Shown: piece after piece, positions 30,567-40,402 of the stretch
Layout: each line of letters starts with the position of its first letter
Position numbering within the stretch: the stretch's first letter is position 1
Source: Candidatus Latescibacterota bacterium
Lineage (GTDB): Bacteria; Latescibacterota; UBA2968; UBA8231
Direction: 5' to 3'
NCBI GenBank assembly: GCA_965215195.1
Contig: CBDCDC010000002.1
Span: forward strand, 512,001 to 576,000
DNA length: 64,000 bases
Position numbers and translations under genes: made by a program
The notes under the pieces: model-generated
What the model saw: only the letters and a program-made list of their open reading frames with translations
Databases searched by the model: none
What the model was told of the DNA's origin: nothing

Positions 30567-31430
30567 ATGGCGGGAATGACTAAAGCACCATTTTGGGATA
30601 TGGAAGATTGCCTCGGGAGCTATCTGGCCGAAATTGCCCATTCCAAGCCTCTCTCCCCGGCCGACGAGGTCGATCTAGCGCGGAAGATCAAGCAAGGGGA
30701 TGAGGGTGCCCGCAACAGATTAGTCGAAGCGAATTTGCGCTTTGTGGTCAGTGTGGCCAAGGAATACCAAAATCGCGGCGTTCCCCTCGCCGACTTGGTC
30801 AGTGCTGGGAATATGGGGTTGATCACGGCCGCCGAGCGCTTTGACGAAGCCAAGGGCTTCAAATTCATCTCCTATGCGGTTTGGTGGATCCGCCAAGCCA
30901 TCCTACAGACGATAGCCGAGCAGTCGCGCACAGTCCGCCTGCCGCTGAATAAGATCGGCTTGCTCTACAAGATATCCAAGGCGTCCCGCATCTTGCAGCA
31001 AGAGCGCACCGACGATCCCCACCCGGAAGCTATCGCCGAACAGCTCGATGTCCCGGTTGAAGAGGTCAAGGAGACCTTGATGTGCGGTCGCTCGACGCGG
31101 TCGCTCGACGCGGCCTTTCTCGGCGAAGAAGACCACAGCCTGCTTGACGTGCTGCCAGACGAGCGCCAAGAGTCCCCTGAAAACCAAGTGATGCGCGGCT
31201 GTCTGCGCGGGCAGATCGACTCGGCCCTGAGTCGGCTCATTGGGCGCGAGGCCGAAATTCTCCGCCTCTACTTTGGGTTGAACGGGGAAGAAGAGCCTAT
31301 GACCTTGGACCAGATCGGCATGCGTTTTGGGCTTACGCGCGAGCGAGTCAGGCAAATCAAGGAGAAAGCCCTGCACCGCTTGCGGCACCCCAGCCGCTCC
31401 GATCATCTGCGCTCCTACAGCCGCGCTTGA
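30567..31430 (+). CDS. Sigma-70 family factor (RpoD/RpoS-like, no region 1.1)
   Basis: ANLRFVVSVAKEY, GFKFISYAVWWIRQ, TRERVRQIKEKAL. Confidence 0.95.
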   Translation: MAGMTKAPFWDMEDCLGSYLAEIAHSKPLSPADEVDLARKIKQGDEGARNRLVEANLRFVVSVAKEYQNRGVPLADLVSAGNMGLITAAERFDEAKGFKFISYAVWWIRQAILQTIAEQSRTVRLPLNKIGLLYKISKASRILQQERTDDPHPEAIAEQLDVPVEEVKETLMCGRSTRSLDAAFLGEEDHSLLDVLPDERQESPENQVMRGCLRGQIDSALSRLIGREAEILRLYFGLNGEEEPMTLDQIGMRFGLTRERVRQIKEKALHRLRHPSRSDHLRSYSRA

Positions 31431-31481
31431 AGATGCCCCCCAACAGGCTCCCCTGCTCCCCAAAAGTCGCAGGAGTACGCC

Positions 31482-31637
31482 ATGTCAGAAGATGCAGTTG
31501 AGGAGGATCTGCTGAGTTCCATAGACGAAGTCGACGATCAGATCAAAAATTTTCGCCAGCGGGTGCGGGCCGTTCTGGACGCTGCCCAGGCCGAGGGAAC
31601 GCGGCGCAACGAAAAGGAAGGGAGCACGAGGAGGTAA
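31482..31637 (+). CDS. Small 51-aa helical hypothetical protein (below the ORF-track cutoff)
   Basis: AGGAG RBS 6 nt before ATG; MSEDAVEEDLLSSIDEVDDQIKNFRQRVRAVLDAAQAEGTRRNEKEGSTRR. Confidence 0.6.
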   Translation: MSEDAVEEDLLSSIDEVDDQIKNFRQRVRAVLDAAQAEGTRRNEKEGSTRR

Positions 31638-31717
31638 GCGGCGCGTGGATTTACCAAAGAGGGGATGGCTTGGCTATCCCCTCTTTTAATATCTGCAACC
31701 AAATGGAGAGAACCAAA

Positions 31718-32551
31718 ATGGACAAATGGGCAACAGGCATATTTACCTCCATTGACGAGGGCTTGGGGGCCGGGTTGGATTCGGTGAAGGAGCTAGGGGT
31801 TTCCACCGTGCATCTGCATGCGCCGGGCCGCGATTTGCGCACCGCAGAGAAAACCGCGGAAATCAAGGACCAGTTCGCCGCCGCCGGAATCGAAATCAGC
31901 GTGGTTTTCGCCGGTTTTCCCGACGACGATTACACCACGCCGGAAATCGCCCAACAAACGGTCGGGCTCGTGCCTTTAGATCGCCGGGAGCGCCGGCTCG
32001 AAGAAACCTTGGCCATCGCGGACTTTGCTGTAGCGCTAGAAGTAGATGCTGTCGGCATGCACTTGGGCTTTGTGCCGGAGGCGTCGGAGCTGGATTTTGC
32101 CGCGGTCGTCGAAGTTGTGCGCACGGTGTGCGATCACTGCCGGAGGCACGGCCAGTATTTCCACCTAGAAACCGGTCAGGAGACCGCCGACGAACTTCTC
32201 GCCTTTATCGAGGCCGTTGATCGAGAGAACCTCGCGGTCAATTTCGATCCGGCCAATATGATCCTCTACCAAGCCGGCCCGCCTCTAGAGGCCTTGGATC
32301 GGGTGGGGTGCTTTGTTCGCAGCGTACACTGCAAGGATGCCGCGATTGAGCGCCGTCCGGGCCAGCCGTGGTACGAGGACGCGCCGCTTGGCCAAGGCGA
32401 CGTCGACATCCGGGCATTTCTCTTGAAGTTGCGCGATTTGGGGTACGAGGGGCCGCTGACCATTGAGCGCGAGTACGCCCCGGACCAAGTCGGAGATATC
32501 CGCGCGGCCCTGCAGCTACTCACCGACCTACGCCGAGAGATTTTGGGTTGA
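31718..32551 (+). CDS. Sugar phosphate isomerase/epimerase (xylose-isomerase-like TIM barrel)
   Basis: HLETGQE, NFDPANM, VHCKD, LGQGDVD, GPLTIERE. Confidence 0.9.
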   Translation: MDKWATGIFTSIDEGLGAGLDSVKELGVSTVHLHAPGRDLRTAEKTAEIKDQFAAAGIEISVVFAGFPDDDYTTPEIAQQTVGLVPLDRRERRLEETLAIADFAVALEVDAVGMHLGFVPEASELDFAAVVEVVRTVCDHCRRHGQYFHLETGQETADELLAFIEAVDRENLAVNFDPANMILYQAGPPLEALDRVGCFVRSVHCKDAAIERRPGQPWYEDAPLGQGDVDIRAFLLKLRDLGYEGPLTIEREYAPDQVGDIRAALQLLTDLRREILG

Positions 32552-33336
32552 GTGCGTCGCTGCGGAGTTGTTTGGATTTTGCAGTAGATGCGGCTTGGCA
32601 AGCAGGCAAGCTCACCTTGCGCTACTTCCAGTCGGGCATCCGCGCCGAGCGGAAGGAAGACCTATCGCCGGTGACGGTCGCCGACCGCGAAGCCGAGGCC
32701 AAGATACGGGACTTATTGACCAAGGCCTATCCCGACGACGGGATTGTCGGCGAGGAGTTTGGCCAAGTTGCGGGAAGCTCCGGGGTGCGCTGGATTATCG
32801 ACCCCATCGACGGTACGAAATCCTTTGTCCAAGGGGTGCCGCTCTACGGAGTGCTCATCGCGCGGGAAGGGCCGGATGGGGTTGACGTAGGCTGTTGCTA
32901 TATGCCGGCCCTCGACGAGATGGTGTGGGCTGCTAGGGGCGAGGGCTGTTGGTGGAATGGCAGGCGGGCTGCGGTGTCCGCTGTGGCCGACTTAGACCAG
33001 GCCTGTATCTGCTATACATCGTGGCCGAGCTTTGCCGAACAGGGCCGCGAGCAAGGGTGGCAGCAGCTAGTTGCTAGCACTCGGCTGCGCCGGGGGTGGG
33101 GCGATTGTTACGGCCACATACTTGTGGCCACTGGCCGAGCCGAGGCCAGCTTTGACCCCATTATGAATCCGTGGGATTGCGGGCCATTGCTGCCGATTTT
33201 ACAGGAAGCCGGAGGCACCTTTACCGATTGGCAGGGGGTGCCGACGATATACGGCCAAGACGCTTTCTCTTCCAACGGGCATCTCTTTGCGTCCATCATG
33301 GGGCATCTGGGTCGGCGCAGTGATAGACGCGCTTAG
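32548..33336 (+). CDS. Inositol monophosphatase family protein (HisN-like histidinol-phosphatase)
   Basis: SPVTVADREAE, GEEFG, WIIDPIDGTKSF, WD. Confidence 0.85.
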   Translation: MSASLRSCLDFAVDAAWQAGKLTLRYFQSGIRAERKEDLSPVTVADREAEAKIRDLLTKAYPDDGIVGEEFGQVAGSSGVRWIIDPIDGTKSFVQGVPLYGVLIAREGPDGVDVGCCYMPALDEMVWAARGEGCWWNGRRAAVSAVADLDQACICYTSWPSFAEQGREQGWQQLVASTRLRRGWGDCYGHILVATGRAEASFDPIMNPWDCGPLLPILQEAGGTFTDWQGVPTIYGQDAFSSNGHLFASIMGHLGRRSDRRA

Positions 33337-34180
33337 AAGCCGGATCGCCTTCTGTCTAGCGGTCGGTCGCGATGCCGTGGTGGCGACGTACCGCCACGAT
33401 TGCACGACTGCGGCCCCAGCCATGGCCTTTGACTTTGTATTTGCCATTTTCCCGGGCATTCTCGTTCTAACGGCTCTATTGGGCTTCCTAGGCATATCAT
33501 CTGAGGATTTCATCCAAGTCCTCGAAATTTTGGGCATTGTCATTCCCGTTCCGCTGCTGGAGGCTGTCGAAGACAATATCAACTTTCTTTCGTCGCAAAG
33601 TTTGTTCGTCATCGGGTTCTTGGGCGTCATCTGGCCGGCGTCGGCTAGCATGTCCACTACGATGATGGCACTCAACCGATCCTACGGCGTACAAGAGCAT
33701 CGGTCCTTCTACAAGCGGCGCATTCTCTCGCTCGCCCTAATCGTGGTCTTGGGGATTTCTTTTGTCTTTTTCTTTACCCTCATCGTATTTGGCGAACACG
33801 TCGAGAGTTGGCTGCGGGACTATTGGACTTCCCCACACTTTTCTCCGTTGGTGGCCTTGTTGCGGCGTGCGGTGGTCGTGATCGGCATGGTCGCCACGGC
33901 CGCTTGCATTTACTGCGTTATGCCCGCCGTGCGCCTGCGCTGGTTGGACGTGTTGCCTGGTAGTATAGTGTCTTCTGCGCTGGCCGGGGTCATTGCCTCG
34001 GGCTTGGATTACGTCGAGCGGTTCAGCTATTACAATATCATCTATGGCGTGCTCGGGACCGCCATCATCCTCTTGCTGTCCGCGTATTTGCTGGCTTTTA
34101 CTTTGTTGTTGGGCGGCGAGTTGAACGCGGTGCTCTATCGCCGCCGCCATCCATTTGACGCGCACCCGACAGATTATTAG
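33320..34180 (+). CDS. YihY/BrkB family membrane protein
   Basis: FAIFP, ALNRSY, YG..G..I..L, LLGGELN. Confidence 0.85.
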   Translation: MIDALRSRIAFCLAVGRDAVVATYRHDCTTAAPAMAFDFVFAIFPGILVLTALLGFLGISSEDFIQVLEILGIVIPVPLLEAVEDNINFLSSQSLFVIGFLGVIWPASASMSTTMMALNRSYGVQEHRSFYKRRILSLALIVVLGISFVFFFTLIVFGEHVESWLRDYWTSPHFSPLVALLRRAVVVIGMVATAACIYCVMPAVRLRWLDVLPGSIVSSALAGVIASGLDYVERFSYYNIIYGVLGTAIILLLSAYLLAFTLLLGGELNAVLYRRRHPFDAHPTDY

Positions 34181-34224
34181 GTTGGAACTTGTAGCGGCAA
34201 TGTCTTTGAGAAATGGAGGAACCA

Positions 34225-34677
34225 ATGCACAAAAATTTAATTCTATTCGCGCTCGTCAGCGGGCTTTTGGCCTGTGGGGAAAAAAAAGATGAGTTAACTC
34301 CTTATATCCAGACTTTGCAGGGCTTGGAAAGCCATAGCCAACAGCTAATGCGCTATCAGGTGTACCTAACGACCGAGGGCATGACCTCTCAGGCCCACGA
34401 CGTCCAAGAAGTCATGCAGACCTTGCTCGACGAGTTGGAGAAGGTCGAACTCGAAGACAAGCGTCTCCGGGCCTTGCACAACGCCATGAAGCGAGCCTTA
34501 AAGGCGGCGATGCGCAAGCTGGTCGAGCCGGACTTCCCGACCTTTGTGCCCAATGCCCAAAAGAGCATTGGGCGCGTCGAAGACGAATTCACCAAGATAT
34601 ATGGCAACCTAGAGATAATGTGGCAGAGGGCCGGCAAGACCGAACCCTTTCCGCTCAAGTGGGAAGCCGTGGAATAG
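34225..34677 (+). CDS. Hypothetical helical lipoprotein
   Basis: GGAGG RBS; lipobox LLAC. Confidence 0.75.
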   Translation: MHKNLILFALVSGLLACGEKKDELTPYIQTLQGLESHSQQLMRYQVYLTTEGMTSQAHDVQEVMQTLLDELEKVELEDKRLRALHNAMKRALKAAMRKLVEPDFPTFVPNAQKSIGRVEDEFTKIYGNLEIMWQRAGKTEPFPLKWEAVE

Positions 34678-34705
34678 TCGAGTCCGCCGCCCGCTGCAAC
34701 CGCGT

Positions 34706-34736
34706 AGAGCTCCCCCGGTACCAGGGGGAGCTTTTT
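34706..34736 (+). terminator. Rho-independent terminator
   Basis: AGCTCCCCC/GGGGGAGCT stem followed by a T run. Confidence 0.8.
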
Positions 34737-34786
34737 GCGTTAAATTCTAGGGCAAGTCTAGGGCAAGAAGAAGGGACGAACAAACC

Positions 34787-34981
34787 ATGATGTTCGCGTT
34801 GCTCAAATTGCTGCTGGCGACGGCGATCGTGTTGCTGTGTTATGCAGTGTACCGGCAGCTAAGGGGCCGTCCCCGCAGCGGCGCGTCCACCAAGCGCGGT
34901 AGTATTGATCCGAGCCAAGTCGCCGAGGCCGAATACTGCATATTGGACGAAGAAGAGGTCAAAAGCCAAGATCGTGGCTAA
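34787..34981 (+). CDS. Small single-TM hypothetical protein
   Basis: N-terminal TM, acidic ID...AEY..LDEE tail; stop overlaps the holA start. Confidence 0.6.
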   Translation: MMFALLKLLLATAIVLLCYAVYRQLRGRPRSGASTKRGSIDPSQVAEAEYCILDEEEVKSQDRG

Positions 34982-35993
34982 GAGAGCCAAAGGGCTGAGT
35001 CCCGAAGAACTGCTGGCCGAAATCGCCAAGGGGGATGTTCGGCCCTTTTATTTGCTACACGGAGACGAGGAATACGAGCGCGAAGCCTTGGTCGCGTCTA
35101 TGGTCGAAGCCTTGGTGCCAGCCCAGACGCGGGATTTCAATTTAGACGTACTGAGGGCCGAGCGCTTGGAGGTGCTGGATTTTTTTCAGATATATGAGAC
35201 CTATCCCATGATGGCCGAGAGTCGGCTGATTGTGCTGCGCGATGCCGAGGCCCTAGCGACCGACCAGTGTCGCGGCTTGGAGCGCGTATTTGCAACGCCG
35301 GTGGCGACTAGTCGGCTGCTGGTAGTGGGCCGAAAGGTCGATATGCGTCGGAAGTTCTTTCGCGAGCTTTCGCGTCGGGGCCGTGCGCTAGAATTTAGGC
35401 CGCCCTACGACAACCAAGTCCCGCAGTGGATACAGCGGTACGCCAAGCGCCAAGGGGTGCGGATCGAACCCGCAGCCATCCAGGTACTCAGCCAGTACGT
35501 GGGGGCCAAGCCGCGCGAGCTGGTCAGCGAAATAGAAAAGTTGGTCAGTTTTGTCGGGATGGGCCAGCCGATTGCCGCCTCGGCGGTCGAACAAGTCGCT
35601 GGCATTACGCGCGGGGCTAGCGTGTTCGACCTCGCCGATGCCCTCGGCAAAGGGCAGGGCAAGCTGGCCCAAAAATTGATGCAAAAGTTTCTCAGTGAGG
35701 GAGAAGAGCCGACCCGCGCGGTAGCCATGGTCACCCGCCACTTTCAGCTTTTGCTCAAGGCTAAGGGGCTAGTGGGCAAGTCGCTGCCGCGCGACAAAAT
35801 GGCCGCCGAATTGGGCGTTGCGCCGTTCTTTTTATCTGGGTATTTGGAGCAGGCGAGGCGCCGCCCGGCCTCTTGGCTGTGGGCGGGGTTGAGTGCCTTG
35901 AGAGAGGCCGATTGGTGCCTAAAGTCGCAGGGGCGCCGCCAAGAGCGCTTGGTTTTGGAGTTGCTGGTGGCCAAGTTGTGCAGGGGGTGTTGA
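34974..35993 (+). CDS. holA: DNA polymerase III delta subunit
   Basis: YLLHGDEEY, DFNLD, YPMMAE.RL, EIEKL, VFDLADA, AD..LK. Confidence 0.9.
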   Translation: MAKRAKGLSPEELLAEIAKGDVRPFYLLHGDEEYEREALVASMVEALVPAQTRDFNLDVLRAERLEVLDFFQIYETYPMMAESRLIVLRDAEALATDQCRGLERVFATPVATSRLLVVGRKVDMRRKFFRELSRRGRALEFRPPYDNQVPQWIQRYAKRQGVRIEPAAIQVLSQYVGAKPRELVSEIEKLVSFVGMGQPIAASAVEQVAGITRGASVFDLADALGKGQGKLAQKLMQKFLSEGEEPTRAVAMVTRHFQLLLKAKGLVGKSLPRDKMAAELGVAPFFLSGYLEQARRRPASWLWAGLSALREADWCLKSQGRRQERLVLELLVAKLCRGC

Positions 35994-35995
35994 TC

Positions 35996-36024
35996 TTGAC
36001 AATGGGTAGTGCCAAAGGTATTGT
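35996..36024 (+). promoter_or_regulatory. Sigma-70 promoter of trxA
   Basis: TTGACA-17 nt-TATTGT. Confidence 0.6.
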
Positions 36025-36071
36025 GTTTATAACATCTTAAAAAGTATAAACTAACAAGCAAAGGACCTATC

Positions 36072-36398
36072 GTGAGCGAGCCTATCGTCTTAACCGATGA
36101 CAATTTCAGTGCCGAAGTTCTCAACGCCGGTCTGCCCGTGCTCGTGGATTTTTGGGCGACGTGGTGCGGGCCGTGCCGAGTGATTGCGCCGATTGTCCAA
36201 GAATTGAGCAGTGAATACGAGGGCAAGGCCAAAGTGGGCAAATTGGACGTCGACGAGGCCCAGAAGACAGCGGCCGAATTCGGCATCCGCAGCATCCCCA
36301 CCTTGCTCATTTTTAAGGGGGGTAAGGTCGCCGACCAGATAATTGGTGCCGTCCCCAAACAGCAAATCACCGAAAAGCTAGAAGCCGCATTGGCCTAA
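36072..36398 (+). CDS. trxA: Thioredoxin
   Basis: VDFWATWCGPC, IRSIPT. Confidence 0.97.
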   Translation: MSEPIVLTDDNFSAEVLNAGLPVLVDFWATWCGPCRVIAPIVQELSSEYEGKAKVGKLDVDEAQKTAAEFGIRSIPTLLIFKGGKVADQIIGAVPKQQITEKLEAALA

Positions 36399-36451
36399 TT
36401 GTGCGGACGAGAGGGCTTGGGGTGCTGCCTGTCTGAGCGGGAGTGCTGAAT

Positions 36452-37030
36452 ATGCCGTCTAATCCTCTCTGGAGTCGCGTCTTGAGTCGCCTGCAAGAGC
36501 GCGTGGGAAGCGGCCGCAAGGAGGAAGAGACCGCCTCCTGCAAGCTCTTGAAGAAAGTGCCCATTTTTCAGGAACTGAGCAGGCGAGAGCTGCGCAAGAT
36601 AGAAGAGATGCTCTATGGGCCGCGGGATTGGCGAGCTGGCGATACGATTATCAACCAAGGGGATCCCGGGATGGGGATGTACATCATCGTCTCCGGCCAA
36701 GTGCGGCTCGCACAGATGGGCAACGATGGGGTTGAGAAGCAGCTCGCTACCTTGACCCGTGGGGATTTTTTTGGCGCACAAGCTCTTGTAGATGAATCGC
36801 CACGCCCTACCTCGGCTTACGCCATCCAGCCTTGTAGTCTCCTCGTGTTTTGCCGCCCGGACTTACTCGAACTCCTAGAGTACAACATCCCGCTTGCCTT
36901 GAAGATAGTTGAGGGCTTGGCGCAAGCGATTTCGACCGACGTACTCGAACTCCTAGAGAAACTCTCAGTGCAGTTGCGCGACCCCGAGTGCCTGTTAAAA
37001 GGAGCGCGGCGAGCAGGCAGTATTCAATGA
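36452..37030 (+). CDS. Stand-alone cyclic-nucleotide-binding domain protein
   Basis: VPIFQEL, QGDPG.GMYIIVSGQV, GDFFGAQAL...PRPTSA (the usual GE is GA here). Confidence 0.85.
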   Translation: MPSNPLWSRVLSRLQERVGSGRKEEETASCKLLKKVPIFQELSRRELRKIEEMLYGPRDWRAGDTIINQGDPGMGMYIIVSGQVRLAQMGNDGVEKQLATLTRGDFFGAQALVDESPRPTSAYAIQPCSLLVFCRPDLLELLEYNIPLALKIVEGLAQAISTDVLELLEKLSVQLRDPECLLKGARRAGSIQ

Positions 37031-38418
37031 TGAATTGGCAAGTCAAAATCGCAATCGGCTTGGTGGTCGTAGCGGTCGTCGGGTGGTTCTTATACGAGAT
37101 TCGCGGCGTCCTCACTCCTTTTGTGTTCGCCTTCGTCTTGGCCTATGTCCTCTACCCAATCATCGATTGGATGGAGCGGAGGGGGTTGGGACGGGTTTGG
37201 AGTACCCTCCTCGTCTTTTCGCTCGTTTTTGCCGGGTTGGGGCTGGGCGCATTCAAGGTTGGAGACAAGCTGACCGGAGAAACGGTCGATAGGGTTTTTA
37301 CCATCGCCAACACCGGAGACAAACCCCTAATCATCCGCGAGATGGCTTGGGAAGACGATTCGCGGGAACAGCCGTTTGTCTTACGAGAGGAACACCGCTG
37401 GCCGCTAGAGATCGCTCCCATGGAGGAGTTGGCAGTTCGCCTTCGCTTTGTTCCTAAGGACCACGCACCGGCTGCCAACGCGCTTTTGGTCGCGTACTCG
37501 CAGGGAAAGGACGAGTACAGTCAGCGCATTAGCGTCCGCGGCAATGGCGGTGCGGCCGCAGGAGGCCAAGCGGCCGGCAATCCAAGTTCCGTTGTGTTTT
37601 CGCGCGCCGATATTGGCTTTGGCAAGGCCGAACCCAACGTCTTGGTGGAAATCGGCGATAGGATCTTGACGGAAGTCAGCGCTAGGGCTGCACAAATTCA
37701 ACCCATGCTACAGCCCTATTTGGGCAGCGATTTCCGCCTCGCCGAGTTGATCCAGGAGCACGGCGAGCGGCTGATGGAGACCATGTTGGGGGGCACTACG
37801 CTGTTTATCGAGGGCGTGATCTCGGGCCTTACTTTTGCGGTGATCGTGCCGTTTGTGGCGTTCTTCTTCCTCAAAGAGGGTCGGAGCTTGACGCGGTGCC
37901 TGATTGCACTCGTTCCCAACGCCTATTTTGAGTTGTGCTTGAGCCTGATATACCAAGCCAATAAACAGATTGGGAATTACATCCGCGGCCAGCTTTTGGC
38001 CGTCCTCGTCGTATCGGTGCTCGCGATGAGCGGCTTGTCCATTATCGGCGTCTATTATGCCCTGCCTCTGGGTTTGCTCGCTGGATTGGCCAACGTAATC
38101 CCGTTTCTCGGGCCATTGATCGGAACCGTCTGCGCTTCGATTGTAGCTTTGGCTACCGGCGGGGGCTTGGCGATGGTGGCCAAAGTGATCGCTATGTTCT
38201 TGGCCATTCAACTGATCGACAACGTACTCATTCAACCCACGATGGTGGCCAAAAGCGTTGAACTGCACCCTTTGGTCGTCCTCTTTGTCGTCATGGTGGG
38301 AAGCCAGTTGCTGGGCATCGTCGGGATGCTGATCGCCGTGCCGCTCACAGGCATCGCGAAAGTAAGCGGCCAAACCATCTACGAAGGGGTTAAGCAATAC
38401 CGGTTTAGAGTAAGTTGA
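37027..38418 (+). CDS. AI-2E family transporter with an inserted Ig-like domain
   Basis: PF..AF..AY...P; YIRGQ, NVIPFLGP, QLIDN...P, LHP, G.LIAVP; central FTIANTGDKPL...RF.P...VRGNG insert. Confidence 0.85.
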   Translation: MMNWQVKIAIGLVVVAVVGWFLYEIRGVLTPFVFAFVLAYVLYPIIDWMERRGLGRVWSTLLVFSLVFAGLGLGAFKVGDKLTGETVDRVFTIANTGDKPLIIREMAWEDDSREQPFVLREEHRWPLEIAPMEELAVRLRFVPKDHAPAANALLVAYSQGKDEYSQRISVRGNGGAAAGGQAAGNPSSVVFSRADIGFGKAEPNVLVEIGDRILTEVSARAAQIQPMLQPYLGSDFRLAELIQEHGERLMETMLGGTTLFIEGVISGLTFAVIVPFVAFFFLKEGRSLTRCLIALVPNAYFELCLSLIYQANKQIGNYIRGQLLAVLVVSVLAMSGLSIIGVYYALPLGLLAGLANVIPFLGPLIGTVCASIVALATGGGLAMVAKVIAMFLAIQLIDNVLIQPTMVAKSVELHPLVVLFVVMVGSQLLGIVGMLIAVPLTGIAKVSGQTIYEGVKQYRFRVS

Positions 38419-38509
38419 CAAACCTATGTATATTGCTTAACTACATCCCATATACCAAACTTTGCTAAGAGGCATTTAAGACCCCTTAGGGGTAGGAGGA
38501 ATAGATTAA

Positions 38510-39133
38510 TTGGGTAGCTCAATACACTTAGAAAGCACGGTGGTGAGCGAGTTAGCTCAACGCATAGGGGACGCCCGCAGGCTCTACGGCCACGATAGTC
38601 CTTACGTCATAGGTATGATGACGGCTGTCGAGTGGATAGCCCAAGGTGCCGAGGGCGGCCAAGGTCTCAAGCAAGACCTACTCGCCCGCGTTCTGGAGAG
38701 CGAGGGAAAAAAGAAGCCGTCTCGTCCGCTCCCCGGCAGTGCGGAGAGCAGCCCCCCAACGCAGGAGCGCCGCGCCTTGGCGGAAAACACCTGGACTCGA
38801 GGCATAGTCAAGTGGTTTAACAACGATAAGGGATATGGTTTTATTTCTACAGACAGCCATGTCGATGTCTTCGTCCACTGGCGCGATATTTCATCTTGGG
38901 ACCGCAGTTTGGTCCAAGATGACGAAGTTGAGTTCATGGTGACCCGCACCGCCAAAGGCTTCCAAGCCATCAACGTAATGAAGGCCGGCCAAGACAAGGC
39001 CGAAGGGGAGACGGCCTCGGCCGCCCCGACCGAGACCCACGACGAAACTGGGGAGGTCGAGAACACCGCCGGCGACCCCGCTGAGAGCGCAGACAGTGCC
39101 TCGGAGCCCCAAGACGACGAGCCCAGCCCGTAG
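38510..39133 (+). CDS. Cold-shock domain protein with N-terminal extension and acidic tail
   Basis: AGGAGG RBS, TTG start; GIVKWFNNDKGYGFI, DVFVHW, KGFQAINV. Confidence 0.85.
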   Translation: MGSSIHLESTVVSELAQRIGDARRLYGHDSPYVIGMMTAVEWIAQGAEGGQGLKQDLLARVLESEGKKKPSRPLPGSAESSPPTQERRALAENTWTRGIVKWFNNDKGYGFISTDSHVDVFVHWRDISSWDRSLVQDDEVEFMVTRTAKGFQAINVMKAGQDKAEGETASAAPTETHDETGEVENTAGDPAESADSASEPQDDEPSP

Positions 39134-39139
39134 GGGAAG

Positions 39140-40366
39140 ATGGGTAAAAAAACGTCCGATATAGCCTGTTCGTTCTGCGGCAAGGGGGGTGATCAAGTCG
39201 AGAAGGTTATTCAGGGGCCTTCGGTGTATATATGTAGTGAGTGCATCGGCTTGTGCAACGAGGTGCTGGAAGAGGACGACAAGCACGAGCTCAGCCTCAA
39301 TGGTCGTCCCCTGCCCAAGCCGGCCGAAATCAAGGGCCACCTCGACGCGCATATTATCGGCCAAGAACGCGCCAAAAAAGCGCTCTCGGTCGCCGTGTAC
39401 AATCACTACAAGCGGGTGCATTCCGGTGCTGCAGATGTCCAGCTCAGCAAGAGCAATATCCTGCTCATCGGCCCCACCGGAGTGGGTAAGACGCTTTTGG
39501 CGGAGACGCTGGCGCGCATATTACAAGTGCCCTTTGCCATCGTCGATGCCACCGTCCTCACCGAGGCCGGGTACGTAGGCGAGGACGTGGAAAATATCCT
39601 CGTGCGGCTCCTCCAAGCCGCGGATTACGAGGTCAAACAAGCCGAGCGCGGGATCTTGTTTATCGACGAGCTGGACAAAGTTGCCCGCAAATCCGGCAAT
39701 CCCTCCATAACGCGCGACGTTTCAGGCGAAGGCGTCCAACAGGAGCTCCTCAAGATCTTAGAGGGGACGGTGTCCGGGGTGCCGCCGAAGGGAGGGCGCA
39801 AGCACCCCGAACAGCCCTTGGTGCAAATAAACACCAAAAACATTCTCTTTATCTGTGGGGGGGCTTTCGATGGGCTGGACAAAATTATCCGCCAGCGCAT
39901 CGGAACCCAGTCCATGGGCTTTGGCAGCCCCCTCGACGACCGCGAGGAAGTGGACGAGGCCAATCTGTTGGTGCGCGTCGAACCCGAGGAGTTGATCCAG
40001 TACGGCCTAATTCCCGAGTTGATTGGCCGCTTGCCGGTGGTGGGTATCTTGCACCCCTTCAGCGATCAGGCGCTCATGGACATCCTGCTCAAACCGCGAA
40101 ACGCACTCGTCAAGCAGTACCAAAAGCTGTTTGAGATGGACGGCATTGCCCTGCGCTTTGAAGAAGAGGCTCTGAAGAAAGTCGTCGAATTGACCCAAGA
40201 AAAGGAGATGGGCGCGCGCGGTCTGCGGGCGGTCCTAGAGACCATCATGTTTGAGATCATGTTCGATCTCCCAGCCCGAGACGACATCGCCGAATGCGTC
40301 ATTACCAAGGAATTCATCGAAAACAAGGCACCGCCGACTTTCGTGTACAACAAAAAGCGAGCTTGA
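39140..40366 (+). CDS. clpX: ATP-dependent Clp protease ATP-binding subunit
   Basis: CSFC...CSEC zinc finger, [32 protein letters not shown]. Confidence 0.98.
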   Translation: MGKKTSDIACSFCGKGGDQVEKVIQGPSVYICSECIGLCNEVLEEDDKHELSLNGRPLPKPAEIKGHLDAHIIGQERAKKALSVAVYNHYKRVHSGAADVQLSKSNILLIGPTGVGKTLLAETLARILQVPFAIVDATVLTEAGYVGEDVENILVRLLQAADYEVKQAERGILFIDELDKVARKSGNPSITRDVSGEGVQQELLKILEGTVSGVPPKGGRKHPEQPLVQINTKNILFICGGAFDGLDKIIRQRIGTQSMGFGSPLDDREEVDEANLLVRVEPEELIQYGLIPELIGRLPVVGILHPFSDQALMDILLKPRNALVKQYQKLFEMDGIALRFEEEALKKVVELTQEKEMGARGLRAVLETIMFEIMFDLPARDDIAECVITKEFIENKAPPTFVYNKKRA

Positions 40367-40402
40367 TGTACTGCGAGCTAGTGGTAATTATCCATGCCGA
40401 CC

